DNA of 64,000 nt from Myxococcota bacterium (GTDB taxonomy: Bacteria; Myxococcota_A; UBA9160; UBA4427). The translations under genes and the position numbers were made by a program. This document shows, in pieces, positions 28,627 through 39,094 of this stretch. The stretch is from positions 128,001 through 192,000 of the forward strand of contig JAYZFK010000062.1 in assembly GCA_036336835.1 (NCBI GenBank). The letters are read 5' to 3'. The first letter of the stretch is position 1; the number at the start of each line of letters is the position of its first letter. The notes beneath the pieces were generated by a model. The model was not told where the DNA came from. It made no database searches and saw only the letters and a list, made by a program, of their open reading frames with translations.

Positions 28627-30561
28627 ATGTCGATTTCACGCCGTGACCTGATGAAGGCTGGGGCCACGACGGTTGCCGCGAGCGCCGCGGGCCTGCCGGC
28701 CCTGACTCGCATGGCACACGCCAAGGGCAGGCGGGACAAGCGCAGGCAGGACAAGGGACAGCCGACAGAGTCGTCCTCGCTCTACGACCCGTCGAAGAGC
28801 GCCTTCACCCGCGAGCTGCCGATCCCGGCCGTCTTGCGCGACAAGTCCGGCGGCCTGAGCCCCGGCCCGGGCAAGGTCTTCCACGGCATCGCACCCGAGT
28901 TCTCGCGGACGCACCCCGATTACGAGACCGCCTGGAACATGGCCGCGCTACGCGTGTACGAGATGGTCGTCGAGCAGAACTACAGCCGGATCATCCCGGG
29001 CGTCGATACGCCGGTCTTCACCTACCGCGATGCCAACGACGCCCCGGGCACGGGCGGCGCGCCCGGACCGACGATCTTCGCGAACTTCAACGAGCCCGCG
29101 GTCGTCCGCTTCACCAACCGGCTCGAGGCCAAGTACACCTACGTCGAACACGACATCGAGCTCTCGACCCACCTGCACGGCGGGCACAGCCCCGCGCACT
29201 CCGACGGCTCGCCGGCCTTCTACATTCTACCCGGTCGCAGCCGCGACTACTTCTACCCGAACGCATCGCCGCGCCGCCTGATCGACGGCAAGTTGCGTTT
29301 CGACCCGGGCACGATCGCGTCGACCATGTGGTACCACGATCACGCCATGGACATCACGGGCTTCACCGTATGTCATGGCCTCGCGGGCTTCTACCTCATG
29401 CTCGATGAGCTCGAGGCGGGCTTGATGGACGGACCCTACCCACTGTTGCCCGATCTACGTTGCGCGCTCGACCAACCCGACGAGTGCTTCGACGTGCCGA
29501 TCGTGCTGTCCGACCAGAAATTCAACGCGGACGGTACCCTTGCCTACGACCTCCTCGATCACAACGGTCGGATCGGCGACGTGTTCGTCGTCAACGGTGT
29601 GGCACAGCCCTTCTTCCGGGTACAGCGGCGGAAGTACCGCTTCCGGATCCTCAACGGTTCGAACGCGCGCTACTACACGCTCCGGCTCGGCAGCGGAAGC
29701 TCGTTCCTGCGGATTGGCACCGACAGCTGGCTGTTGCCCGAGGCATTCGCAATGCGAGAGATATCGGTCTGCCCGGGTCAGCGCGCCGATGTGATCGTCG
29801 ACTTTCGCGACGCGCCGGACGAGGTGTTCCTCGAGAACATCATGCAGCAGACGGACGGTCGAAAGCCCGACGGGATCGACCGAGACAAGGCGACCCCCCT
29901 GCTCAAGTTCGTCGTCGAAGGCCCCAACGTCGCCGGTGACGTCGGGATCGCCCAGGGAACGCAGCTTCGCCCGTTCGACCCGATCCGCGAGGAGGACATC
30001 GTTGGCACCCGCGTATTCGAATTCAAACGCCGACGCGGCGCCTGGGTGGTGAACCACGAGTTCTTCAACCCGCTGCGCGCGGACGCCGAGCCGACAATCG
30101 ATCCCACCGGATGTGCGGCCGAGCGCTGGATCCTGAAGAACGGCGGCGGCGGCTGGTTCCATCCGATCCACATACACCTCGAGCACCATGAGGTGCAGCG
30201 GATCGACGGGAAGCGTCCGAACCGCGAACGCAGCACGCGAGTGGATCTTACGAACCTCGAGGGAGGTCAGGAAGCCGAGGTCTTCCTGCGCTTCCGCACA
30301 TTCACGGGTCCCTTCGTCTTCCACTGCCACATCATCGAGCACGAGGACCTGCGCATGATGGCCCAGTTCGACCCGTGCCATCCCGGTTATGACAGCCCGC
30401 TCGACGGGGTCAGCGAGATCGATCCCGCGGTCTGCGGAGTCCCGATCGCGTGCGACGACCTCGAGCCGACACTGTTCTTCGACACCGCCGGCGACGTCGC
30501 GAAACTCGACGGACACGGCGTTGGTATCCACTGCGAGTACGAGCCGCTGGAGGAGGATTGA
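28627..30561 (+). CDS. Tat-exported multicopper oxidase (CotA / bilirubin oxidase-like)
   Basis: SRRDLMK signal; HLHG, WYHDH, HPIHIH, HCHIIEHEDLRMM; RBS GAGGAG. Confidence 0.93.
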   Translation: MSISRRDLMKAGATTVAASAAGLPALTRMAHAKGRRDKRRQDKGQPTESSSLYDPSKSAFTRELPIPAVLRDKSGGLSPGPGKVFHGIAPEFSRTHPDYETAWNMAALRVYEMVVEQNYSRIIPGVDTPVFTYRDANDAPGTGGAPGPTIFANFNEPAVVRFTNRLEAKYTYVEHDIELSTHLHGGHSPAHSDGSPAFYILPGRSRDYFYPNASPRRLIDGKLRFDPGTIASTMWYHDHAMDITGFTVCHGLAGFYLMLDELEAGLMDGPYPLLPDLRCALDQPDECFDVPIVLSDQKFNADGTLAYDLLDHNGRIGDVFVVNGVAQPFFRVQRRKYRFRILNGSNARYYTLRLGSGSSFLRIGTDSWLLPEAFAMREISVCPGQRADVIVDFRDAPDEVFLENIMQQTDGRKPDGIDRDKATPLLKFVVEGPNVAGDVGIAQGTQLRPFDPIREEDIVGTRVFEFKRRRGAWVVNHEFFNPLRADAEPTIDPTGCAAERWILKNGGGGWFHPIHIHLEHHEVQRIDGKRPNRERSTRVDLTNLEGGQEAEVFLRFRTFTGPFVFHCHIIEHEDLRMMAQFDPCHPGYDSPLDGVSEIDPAVCGVPIACDDLEPTLFFDTAGDVAKLDGHGVGIHCEYEPLEED

Positions 30562-30563
30562 TC

Positions 30564-31142
30564 ATGACGACTCCTGGCAACCAGGCCTTGGCGTCACCGC
30601 TGGCCGCTGCGGGGCGCCGGCGACGACGCTCTGACGACTTCGCCAACGTCAAGCTCACCACGCACGAGGGCAGACGCGTACGCTTCGTCGACGACCTGGT
30701 GCGAGGCGAGCCCGCGCCCACGGTGATCGTCCAGTTCATGTACACGCACTGCGAGGGCATCTGCTACCCGACCAGCCAGAACCTGGCTCGCGTGCACGGC
30801 TACCTGCGCTCGCGCATGGGCAAGCAGGTGCAGATGTACTCGATCACGCTCGACCCGGCGCACGACACGCCGGCCGCGCTCGCCAAGTACCGGGCGCGCT
30901 TCGGAGACCGACAGGGCTGGACGTTCCTGACCGGACGCTACGACGACATCGAGCAGCTGCGCCGTTCACTGGGCGTCTACGACCTCGACCCTGCGATCGA
31001 CGCGGATCTCACCCAGCACGCTGGGATCCTCACCTTCGGCAACGACGACGTCGATCGCTGGACCGCGCTGCCCGGCGAGATGAGGGCGCGCGACATCGCG
31101 CACGCGGTATTGTTCAGCACCCGGTCGGCGCGCCGGCGCTAG
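30564..31142 (+). CDS. SCO1/SenC copper chaperone
   Basis: YTHCEGIC (CxxxC), SITLDPAHDTP, WTFLTG, conserved His (QHAG). Confidence 0.9.
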   Translation: MTTPGNQALASPLAAAGRRRRRSDDFANVKLTTHEGRRVRFVDDLVRGEPAPTVIVQFMYTHCEGICYPTSQNLARVHGYLRSRMGKQVQMYSITLDPAHDTPAALAKYRARFGDRQGWTFLTGRYDDIEQLRRSLGVYDLDPAIDADLTQHAGILTFGNDDVDRWTALPGEMRARDIAHAVLFSTRSARRR

Positions 31143-31148
31143 TCGGCA

Positions 31149-32252
31149 TCAGCCGAGCTCGATCACCGTGCGGGCGAGCTCGCCCGAACTCAGCGCGTCG
31201 AAGGCCTCGCCCACTCGGTCGAGCGGCAGCCGCTGGCTCACGAGCTTCTCCAGGTCGATCGCCCCTCGCTCGAACAGCGACATGATGCGCGGGATGTCAC
31301 GCGCCGGGACGTTGCCGCCGCCGGTGCAGCCGAGCAGCTTGCGGTCGGCAAACAGGGTGCGGCTGTCGATCGAGACGCGTGCTCCGGGCGGCGGCGCACC
31401 CACCATCACCGTGGTACCGCCCCGGCGCGTCGCCTCGAACGCCTGGTCGACGACGTCGGTCAGTCCAATCACCTCGAACGCATAGTCGACGCCCTTCGGG
31501 ACCAGCTTCCGGATCTCGCTGGACAGCACGGTACCCTCGCCGACCTCGACCCAGTCGGTCGCACCCAGATCCGACGCGAGATCGAGCTTCGAGCGCTGCG
31601 TATCGCAGGCGATGATGCGCGCCGCGCCTGCAACGCGGGCTCCCTGGATCACGTTGAGCCCCACCCCCCCGCAGCCGATTACCGCGACGCTGGACCCCGG
31701 CGCAACGCGCGCGATGTTGAGCGCGGCGCCGATCCCGGTGGTGACGCCGCAGCCGGCCAGGCAGGCGAGATCGAGCGGGATGTCGCGATCGATCTTGACC
31801 AGCTGCGCCTCGCGTACCACCGACTGCTCGGCCAGCGAGCCCGAGCCGACCATGGGCGCTACCGGCTGTCCCCGCAGTGACAGTCGCGTGGTCCCATCCG
31901 GCATGCGCCCATACATGTTGTGGGTCCGGGTCTCGCTCCAGCAGGCGACGACGTCGCCGGCGCGGCAGTCCTCGCAGGTCCCGCAGGGACCGTAGAGCGC
32001 GATCACGACGTGATCGCCCACCTCGAGCCCCACCACGCCCGGCCCGGTCTCCTCCACCACACCGGCTCCCTCGTGGCCCAGCACCATCGGCGGGGTCGCG
32101 ACCGGGCTTTCGCCCTCGAGCACGTGCAGGTCCGAGCGACACACCCCCGACGCAGCCAGGCGCACCAGTACCTCCCCGGCCCTCGGGCTCTCGATCTCGA
32201 CGTCCTCGAGCACCAGCGGCTCGTGGGCCTGGTGCATCACTGCTGCTTGCAT
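31149..32252 (-). CDS. Zn-dependent alcohol dehydrogenase (class III-like)
   Basis: GVCRSD, GHEGAG, CGTCEDC, GCGVTTG, GCGGVG. Confidence 0.92.
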   Translation of the reverse strand: MQAAVMHQAHEPLVLEDVEIESPRAGEVLVRLAASGVCRSDLHVLEGESPVATPPMVLGHEGAGVVEETGPGVVGLEVGDHVVIALYGPCGTCEDCRAGDVVACWSETRTHNMYGRMPDGTTRLSLRGQPVAPMVGSGSLAEQSVVREAQLVKIDRDIPLDLACLAGCGVTTGIGAALNIARVAPGSSVAVIGCGGVGLNVIQGARVAGAARIIACDTQRSKLDLASDLGATDWVEVGEGTVLSSEIRKLVPKGVDYAFEVIGLTDVVDQAFEATRRGGTTVMVGAPPPGARVSIDSRTLFADRKLLGCTGGGNVPARDIPRIMSLFERGAIDLEKLVSQRLPLDRVGEAFDALSSGELARTVIELG

Positions 32253-32316
32253 GAGAGACTCCTCGGCGATCCACAGTACGGCCGGGCTTCCAGCCCGGTC
32301 AAGCCACGGGAACGCC

Positions 32317-33438
32317 ATGACACAACGAGTGATCTCGGCCGACAACCACGTCAACGAGCCCCCCCACGTGTTCGATCGCGTGCCCGCCGGCATGCGCGAC
32401 CGCACACCAAAGATGCTGCGCGGCGCGGACGGCGGCGACGGCTGGAGCTTCGACGGCGGTCCGCCCAAGCGCACCTTCGGCATAGAGGCCATGGCCGGCC
32501 GCTCGAAGGACCAGTACCAGGTCCAGGGCCTGCGCTGGGACGAGATCCTGCTCGGCAACTACGACGGCGCGGCGCATCTCGCCGACATGGAGCTCGACGG
32601 CGTGCACGCCTGCGTCGTGTACCCCAACCAGGCGATCTTCACCTACATGACGCCGGACCGGGAGCTCGCCATCGCTTGTATGCGCTCCTACAACGATTGG
32701 CTGCTCGACGAGTTCCAGGCAGCCGACCCCACCCGCATCGTCGGGCTCGCCATGCTGCCGGTCGACGACGGCATCGACGCTGCACTCGCCGAGTTCGAGC
32801 GCGTCGTCGCCAGGGGCGCCAGGGGCTGCTTCATTCCGGGCATGCCCGTGCGGCCCTACAACAACGCCTACTACGAGCCGCTGTGGGCGGCTGCGAGCGA
32901 CGCCCGGATCCCGCTCTCCTTCCACCGAACGTTCGGCGGCACGCCGCCGGACCAGGACTGGGACGAGCTGGTCGACCAGCAGATCAGCGTACCTGGTATT
33001 GCGTCGCGCTTCTTCTGCTCCGTGCGCCCGCTCACCTACATGATCTTCGCAGGCATCTTCCAGCGGCATCCCGGCCTCGTGATCATCGCCGCCGAGGTCA
33101 ACTTCGGCTGGGTCCCCTTCTGGCTCCAGACGATGGATCAGGAATGGGAGACACAGAAGGCGTGGTCGGACTCACCGCTCGAGGTGACCCCGAGCAGTGT
33201 CGCCGGCGAGCAGGTGTTCACGACGAGCCTCGACGACCACGTGGGATACGACCTGATTCGCGCAGGCTCGCCGGGGCTCGCCCGCGCCACGATGTATTCG
33301 ACCGACTACCCGCACAGCGTGACGCTGTGGCCCGACTCGAAGCGCCACATCCCTGAGCTGACGCGCGGCCTCAGCGACGAAGATCGTGGCGCCGTGCTGG
33401 CCGGAAACGCCGCTCGTGTCTACGGCTTCGAGGTCTGA
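32317..33438 (+). CDS. Amidohydrolase_2 family protein
   Basis: ISADNHVNEP, SYNDWL, LSFH, AEVNFGW, YSTDYPHS. Confidence 0.9.
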   Translation: MTQRVISADNHVNEPPHVFDRVPAGMRDRTPKMLRGADGGDGWSFDGGPPKRTFGIEAMAGRSKDQYQVQGLRWDEILLGNYDGAAHLADMELDGVHACVVYPNQAIFTYMTPDRELAIACMRSYNDWLLDEFQAADPTRIVGLAMLPVDDGIDAALAEFERVVARGARGCFIPGMPVRPYNNAYYEPLWAAASDARIPLSFHRTFGGTPPDQDWDELVDQQISVPGIASRFFCSVRPLTYMIFAGIFQRHPGLVIIAAEVNFGWVPFWLQTMDQEWETQKAWSDSPLEVTPSSVAGEQVFTTSLDDHVGYDLIRAGSPGLARATMYSTDYPHSVTLWPDSKRHIPELTRGLSDEDRGAVLAGNAARVYGFEV

Positions 33439-33442
33439 CCCG

Positions 33443-34930
33443 ATGACCCCTCTGCTCGACGGATCGCGCATCGACAACTGGATTGGCGGCAAGCGCCGAG
33501 CACCGAACGCGGGGGAGTACCTGCCCTCCATCGAGCCCGCCTTCGCCTCCGCATGGATCGAGATCCCGGCGAGCGATGCGAGTGACGTGGACGAGGCCGT
33601 CGCGGCGGCGTGCGCTGCCTTCGCAGGGGAATGGCGTTCGGCCGCCGCCATGACGCGAGCCGGGCTGCTGCGCGCGGTTGCGAACACGGTCGCCGCCCAC
33701 GCGGAAGAGCTCGCGACGATCGAGTGCCGCGACAACGGCAAGCCGATCGCCGAGGCGCGCGCCGGCGATTTGCCCTCGATCAGCGAGATGTTCAACTACT
33801 GGGCGGGGCAGGCGGACAAGCTTCACGGCGAGACCGTGCAGGTCAGTCCGCAGAGCCTCAACTACACGATCCACGAGCCGATCGGCGTAGTTGGAATCAT
33901 CGTACCGTGGAACTCTCCGCTCGCGATCCTCGCGGCCAAGGTGGGCGCGGCGCTTGCAGCCGGCAACACCGTCGTGGTCAAGCCCGCCGAGCAGGCGGCG
34001 GTCTCGATCCTCACCATCGCCGAGCTGTTCGATGCTGCAGGCATCCCACCGGGCGTGGTCAACGTCGTATCCGGCACGGGCGAGGTCGCAGGCGATGCAC
34101 TGGTGTGTCATCCCGAGGTTCGCAAGATCGCTCTGACCGGCTCGACCGACACGGCGCGGATCATCACGGCGCGCTCGGCATCCGGGCTGAAGCAACTGTC
34201 GTTCGAGCTCGGGGGAAAGTCGCCCAACATCGTGTTTGCGGACGCCGACCTCGACCTCGCGACCATCGGCACGAGTACTGCGGCGGTGTTCACGGGCGGT
34301 GCCGGACAGACCTGCGTGGCAGGCTCGCGGCTGCTGATCGAAGCACCGATCTACGACGAGCTGATCGAGCGCATCACGGCCCACGTTGAATCCGCAGTTC
34401 GGCTCGGCGACCCGCTCGACGGCGCCACCACGATGGGCCCGATCGCCTTCGCCGAGCAGTACGCCAAGGTGAAGTCGTACATCGAGCTCGGGCAGAAGGA
34501 GGGCGCCGAGCTGGTCTTCGGCGGCCGCTTCGGAGCCGAGAATTTCGAGACCAGCTCGCCGCTCGATACCGGCTACTTCGTCGCACCCACGCTGTTCCGG
34601 GACGCCCGCAACGAAATGCGGATCTGCCGCGACGAGATCTTCGGCCCCGTGGCCTGCGCCATCCCGTTCGAGGGCGAGGAGGAGGCGCTCGCGATCGCCA
34701 ACGATACGCGCTACGGCCTGGCGAGCGGGGTCTGGACCAACGACCTGAAACGAGCCCACCGCTGCGTGCGCGACATTCACGCGGGCGCCGTCTGGGTCAA
34801 TACCTATCGGCGCATCCACTGGGCACTGCCCTTCGGCGGCTTCAAGGACTCGGGCTACGGCCGAGACTCGGGCCTCGAGAGCCTGCGCGGCTATCAGCAG
34901 ACGAAGACGGCCTGGATCGATCTCGCTTGA
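33443..34930 (+). CDS. Aldehyde dehydrogenase
   Basis: PWNSP, KPAE, TGS, FELGGKSP, GQTC, EIFGPV, PFGGFKDSGYGR. Confidence 0.95.
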   Translation: MTPLLDGSRIDNWIGGKRRAPNAGEYLPSIEPAFASAWIEIPASDASDVDEAVAAACAAFAGEWRSAAAMTRAGLLRAVANTVAAHAEELATIECRDNGKPIAEARAGDLPSISEMFNYWAGQADKLHGETVQVSPQSLNYTIHEPIGVVGIIVPWNSPLAILAAKVGAALAAGNTVVVKPAEQAAVSILTIAELFDAAGIPPGVVNVVSGTGEVAGDALVCHPEVRKIALTGSTDTARIITARSASGLKQLSFELGGKSPNIVFADADLDLATIGTSTAAVFTGGAGQTCVAGSRLLIEAPIYDELIERITAHVESAVRLGDPLDGATTMGPIAFAEQYAKVKSYIELGQKEGAELVFGGRFGAENFETSSPLDTGYFVAPTLFRDARNEMRICRDEIFGPVACAIPFEGEEEALAIANDTRYGLASGVWTNDLKRAHRCVRDIHAGAVWVNTYRRIHWALPFGGFKDSGYGRDSGLESLRGYQQTKTAWIDLA

Positions 34931-35117
34931 TCTCGCTTGATCCGGCCCGAGCTGCGGCGAGACACCGGGCGGGCACCGGACACGACACCGCTACACTCGG
35001 CCGCCTGAGTTCGCGAGCCCCGTAGCCCACCCCCGCCCGGGGGCCGGGCCGGGGCTGTCGTGCGTGCTGGCATCTCGCCACGGCGCGGTCGCAAGGGCGT
35101 GGAGGACAGTGGGCCCA

Positions 35118-38100
35118 GTGAAGTCGCTCGAGCAGATCGCGCGCAAGCTCACCGCACGCGAGACACCCGTCTGTCTCACTGGGCTGAGCGGCGCCGCGCG
35201 CGTCGCTGCGCTCGCCGAGCTGGTGCGCGCACACGGCGAGCGGCCCGTCTTGCTGCTGGCGGCAAGCTCCAAGGCGTGCGACGCGCTGAGCGAGGATCTG
35301 CGCAGCACACTGGGGGGCGACGAGGCACCGGCCGCCCAGCGCGTTCGCGCTTTCCCGCGCCACGACACCCTGCCGTACGAGCGCTTCTCGCCCCAGCCCT
35401 TCGTCGTCGCCCAGCGGATGGACCTGCTCTACCGCTGGCTGTCGGATCCGGGGCGCACCCGCAGCTCGCGCTCACAGGCTGCGTCGATCGCGGTCGCCCC
35501 GTGGAGCGCCCTCGCGCTGCGCGTTCCCTCGCGCGAGCGCGTGCGCGCGGCCACGGTGCACCTCGAGGTCGGACACAGTATCGATCGTGACACCCTGATC
35601 GCGCTGCTCGTCCAGGCGGGCTACGCGCGCATGGCGATCGTCGAGGAGAAGGGCGAGATCGCCGTCCGCGGCGGGATCCTCGACATCTTCCCGCCCCACA
35701 ACGATCTGCCGATCCGCATCGAGCTGCTGGGGGACGAGATCGAATCGATTCGCGAGTTCGACCCCGCGAGTCAACGCTCGCAGGAGCGGCTCGATCGCGC
35801 TGCGGCACCGCCCCCGCGCGAGCTGCTGTTCTCGCGCGAAGGGGTGATCGCGCACAGTGACGATATCCGCCTGCTCGCGATCGAGCAGGGCAGTGACGAA
35901 GCGAGTGCCAACGAGCTGATCGATGCGCTGCTGCGCGGCCACCTCCCGCCGGGCATCGAATCGCTCGCCCCGCTGCTCCAGTCCGGCCAGGAAAGCGTCT
36001 TCGACTATCTACCGGAGGACACCCTGATCGCGATCGACGACCCGGAGGCCGCGTTCGGTCGCGTCGATCAATACCTGTTGGACACCGCACACAACTTCGA
36101 AGCAGCCCGAGACGCCGGCCGCATCTGCGCACCTCCGTCCGAGGTCCTGCTCGAATGCGAGGAGGTCCGACGGCTGACCTTCTCGCGCCGCCCCGTCTCG
36201 CTCGCTCGCCTGTACATCGCGGACCCCGACTCGCGCCTGCACCAGGAACGGATCGACATCGCGAGCCACGACCAGGGCGAGCTGCGGCGGGCCCTCGCGC
36301 GTACGCGAACCCACGAACGCGCACTGACTCCGTTGGCCGACCAGCTCGGCGTCTGGATGGTCGATCGCTGGCGTGTGACGATCGCCTGCCACTCGCTCTC
36401 GATGGCCGAGCGGCTGCGGTCGCTGCTCGGCAGCTACGGCATCGAGCCGATGCTGGTGAACGACCCGCGTCCGTTGTGGCGCTGGGCGACGCCGGGCCGT
36501 ATCGAGCTGCGGGTGGCCCGACTGTCATCCGGGGCGATCCTGCCCGACGACCAGCGAGCCATCCTCACCGAGGACGAGATCTTCGGTCAACGCGAGCGCT
36601 CGCGACGGCAGCGCGACTGGAAGGAAGGCAGCGCTGTCGAAGGGTTGGCACAGCTCGCGCCCGGCGACTTCCTGGTCCACTCCGCACACGGCATCGGCAC
36701 CTATCGCGGGCTGGTCGAAGTCGCGGTGCAACGACTCAGCAACGAAATGCTGCGCATCGATTACGCCGGCGGGGATCGCCTGTTCATTCCAGTCCACAGC
36801 CTGAGCCAGGTACAGCGCTACGGCGGAGCGGACGGAGTGCAGCCTCGGCTCGACAGACTCGGTGGGTCGACCTGGGACAAGGCCAGAGAAAAGGTCAAGA
36901 AGTCTCTGCGCAACATGGCTCAGGAGCTGCTCAACGTGCACGCCGCACGCGAGCTCACGAGCGGCTTCGCCTTCTCACCACGCGACACCTACTTCGAGGA
37001 GTTCGAGGCTGCATTCCCGTACGACGAGACGCCAGATCAGCACGACGCGATCGAGGACGTGCTGGCAGACATGCAGATGGCGCGAACGATGGACCGGCTG
37101 GTGTGCGGCGACGTCGGGTACGGCAAGACGGAGGTCGCGGCACGCGGTGCCTTCCGCGCAGTCCTCGACGGCAAGCAGGTCGCTTTTCTGGTGCCCACGA
37201 CGGTGCTGTGCCAACAGCATCACGAGACGTTGCGCACGCGCTTCGAGGGCTATCCGATCCAGGTCGCCTCTCTGTCGCGCTTCGATTCTCCCAAGCGGTC
37301 GCGCGAGGTGCTCGAGGGCATGGCCGACGGCACGATCGACGTCGTCGTCGGCACCCACCGCTTGCTCCAGAAGAAGGTGCGCTTCCGCGACCTCGGACTG
37401 CTGATCGTCGACGAAGAGCATCGCTTCGGCGTCGGCCACAAGGAACGCATCAAGCAGATGAAGAAGACGGTGGACGTGCTGACCCTCACCGCGACACCAA
37501 TCCCACGCACACTTCAAATGGCCTTCACAGGCGTGAGAGAGCTCTCGGTCATCAACACCCCGCCGGCGGACCGGCTCGCCATTCGCACGCAGATCTCCCG
37601 CTTCAGCGAGTCACTGATCCGCGAGTCGATCCTGCGCGAAGTGCGCCGCGGGGGGCAGGTGTTCTTCGTCCACAACCGCGTGGCTTCGATCGGCGCACTG
37701 CACGAGCTACTGGAACGACTGGTGCCCGAAGTCAAGATCCTCGTCGGCCACGGCCAGATGAAGGAGCGCGAGCTCGAGAACGTGATGCTCGTCTTCCAGC
37801 GGGGCGAAGCAGATGTGCTGCTCTGCACCACGATCATCGAGAGCGGGATCGATATCCCGCGCGCCAACACGATCCTGATCGACCGCGCCGACGCGCTCGG
37901 ACTGGCGCAGCTCTACCAGCTGCGTGGACGTGTCGGCCGCAGTGACCACCGCGCCTATGCCTACCTGCTGATCCCGATCATGCAGGAGGCCCTGCCCAGC
38001 GAGGCGCAGCGGCGACTCGAGGCGATCCAGGATCTGTCGGAGCTGGGCAGCGGCTTCCGGCTCGCCAACCAGGACCTCGAGATCCGCGGCGCGGGCAACA

Positions 38101-38657
38101 TGCTCGGCGGCGAGCAATCCGGCAACCTGATGACAGTCGGCTACGAGACGTACATGGAGCTGCTCGAGGAAACGATCGAGGAGCTGCGTGGCACGATCCG
38201 CGAGCAAGAGATCGATCCCGAGATCCGGCTCCCGGTGCAAGCACGCCTGGACGAGGAGTACGTGCCCGACGTGTCGCAGCGGCTCGTGCTGTACAAGCGG
38301 CTCTCGAGTGCGCGTCAAGATGAGGACATCGACCGGATTCGCGACGAGATCCTCGACCGCTACGGCCCGCTCCCCCGCGATGGCGAGAGTCTGGTCGAGG
38401 TGATCCGTCTCAAGGCACTGGCGCGCAAGCTCGGCGTGGTCGCCGTCGACCTGAGCCGCGGAGAGATCGTGCTGTCCGTGGGCGCCGGCGCACGGATCGA
38501 CCCACAGCGGCTGGTGAACATGCTGACGAGCGGCGGTAGCGAGCTGCGCGTCAGCCCAGAGCACAAGATATTCGCCCCCGCACCGACCGCTGGCGGCGAG
38601 GCCGCGGTACTCGATGCGGCGCGTTCTCTGCTGACTCGGCTCGCGGGCTCGGCGTAG
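35118..38657 (+). CDS. mfd: Transcription-repair coupling factor
   Basis: RGGILDIF, HGIG, GDVGYGKTEVA, DEEHRFG, QLYQLRGRVGR, DLEIRGAG, TRCF C-terminal domain. Start at GTG 35118 is inferred. Confidence 0.97.
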   Translation: MKSLEQIARKLTARETPVCLTGLSGAARVAALAELVRAHGERPVLLLAASSKACDALSEDLRSTLGGDEAPAAQRVRAFPRHDTLPYERFSPQPFVVAQRMDLLYRWLSDPGRTRSSRSQAASIAVAPWSALALRVPSRERVRAATVHLEVGHSIDRDTLIALLVQAGYARMAIVEEKGEIAVRGGILDIFPPHNDLPIRIELLGDEIESIREFDPASQRSQERLDRAAAPPPRELLFSREGVIAHSDDIRLLAIEQGSDEASANELIDALLRGHLPPGIESLAPLLQSGQESVFDYLPEDTLIAIDDPEAAFGRVDQYLLDTAHNFEAARDAGRICAPPSEVLLECEEVRRLTFSRRPVSLARLYIADPDSRLHQERIDIASHDQGELRRALARTRTHERALTPLADQLGVWMVDRWRVTIACHSLSMAERLRSLLGSYGIEPMLVNDPRPLWRWATPGRIELRVARLSSGAILPDDQRAILTEDEIFGQRERSRRQRDWKEGSAVEGLAQLAPGDFLVHSAHGIGTYRGLVEVAVQRLSNEMLRIDYAGGDRLFIPVHSLSQVQRYGGADGVQPRLDRLGGSTWDKAREKVKKSLRNMAQELLNVHAARELTSGFAFSPRDTYFEEFEAAFPYDETPDQHDAIEDVLADMQMARTMDRLVCGDVGYGKTEVAARGAFRAVLDGKQVAFLVPTTVLCQQHHETLRTRFEGYPIQVASLSRFDSPKRSREVLEGMADGTIDVVVGTHRLLQKKVRFRDLGLLIVDEEHRFGVGHKERIKQMKKTVDVLTLTATPIPRTLQMAFTGVRELSVINTPPADRLAIRTQISRFSESLIRESILREVRRGGQVFFVHNRVASIGALHELLERLVPEVKILVGHGQMKERELENVMLVFQRGEADVLLCTTIIESGIDIPRANTILIDRADALGLAQLYQLRGRVGRSDHRAYAYLLIPIMQEALPSEAQRRLEAIQDLSELGSGFRLANQDLEIRGAGNMLGGEQSGNLMTVGYETYMELLEETIEELRGTIREQEIDPEIRLPVQARLDEEYVPDVSQRLVLYKRLSSARQDEDIDRIRDEILDRYGPLPRDGESLVEVIRLKALARKLGVVAVDLSRGEIVLSVGAGARIDPQRLVNMLTSGGSELRVSPEHKIFAPAPTAGGEAAVLDAARSLLTRLAGSA

Positions 38658-38678
38658 CGCCCGCGCCAACCCGGGCCC

Positions 38679-39079
38679 TCAGACGCCGTCGGGACCCGCG
38701 CTCAGATACGCCGCGAGATCGGCGTCCAGCATCACGCGCGTGCGCGCGATGCCGGCAGGCCCGAGGTACGGCAACAGCCAAACCGCGCGCAGGCGCACGA
38801 ACTCGTCGGGCTGTTCGAGGCAGACTCTCGACCAGGCCGAGCACCTCGCTACCGCCCGAACGCAGTGCCTCGAGGCCCTGCGCGCGCCGAAGGGCGTCGC
38901 GAACGATCTCCGCACCGGCGCGGTATTCGTGCTCGCCGTAGCCGTGGCTCGGACCGCCGACGATCAGCAGGATGCGGTCGCGCTCGGCCGCCGGAGACGC
39001 GGGATGGGCGAGCAGCAGTGCGCAGCAGCGCGCAGCCAGCTGCGGTGGCCCGCCAGAGCTGCCGGATGACGCGCGTCAT
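38679..39079 (-). pseudogene. Frameshifted remnant of a secreted ThuA-like protein
   Basis: Signal peptide from ATG 39079; RILLIVGGPSHGYGEHEYRAG in a second frame with no start of its own; HEAT-like tail (FVRLRAVWLL) in the third frame. Confidence 0.55.
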
Positions 39080-39094
39080 GGCCAGGCGTCCAGT

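Noticed and set aside
35016..35056. GC-rich hairpin upstream of mfd
   Set aside because: No U-tract and no second copy seen; cannot be separated from chance pairing at this GC content.
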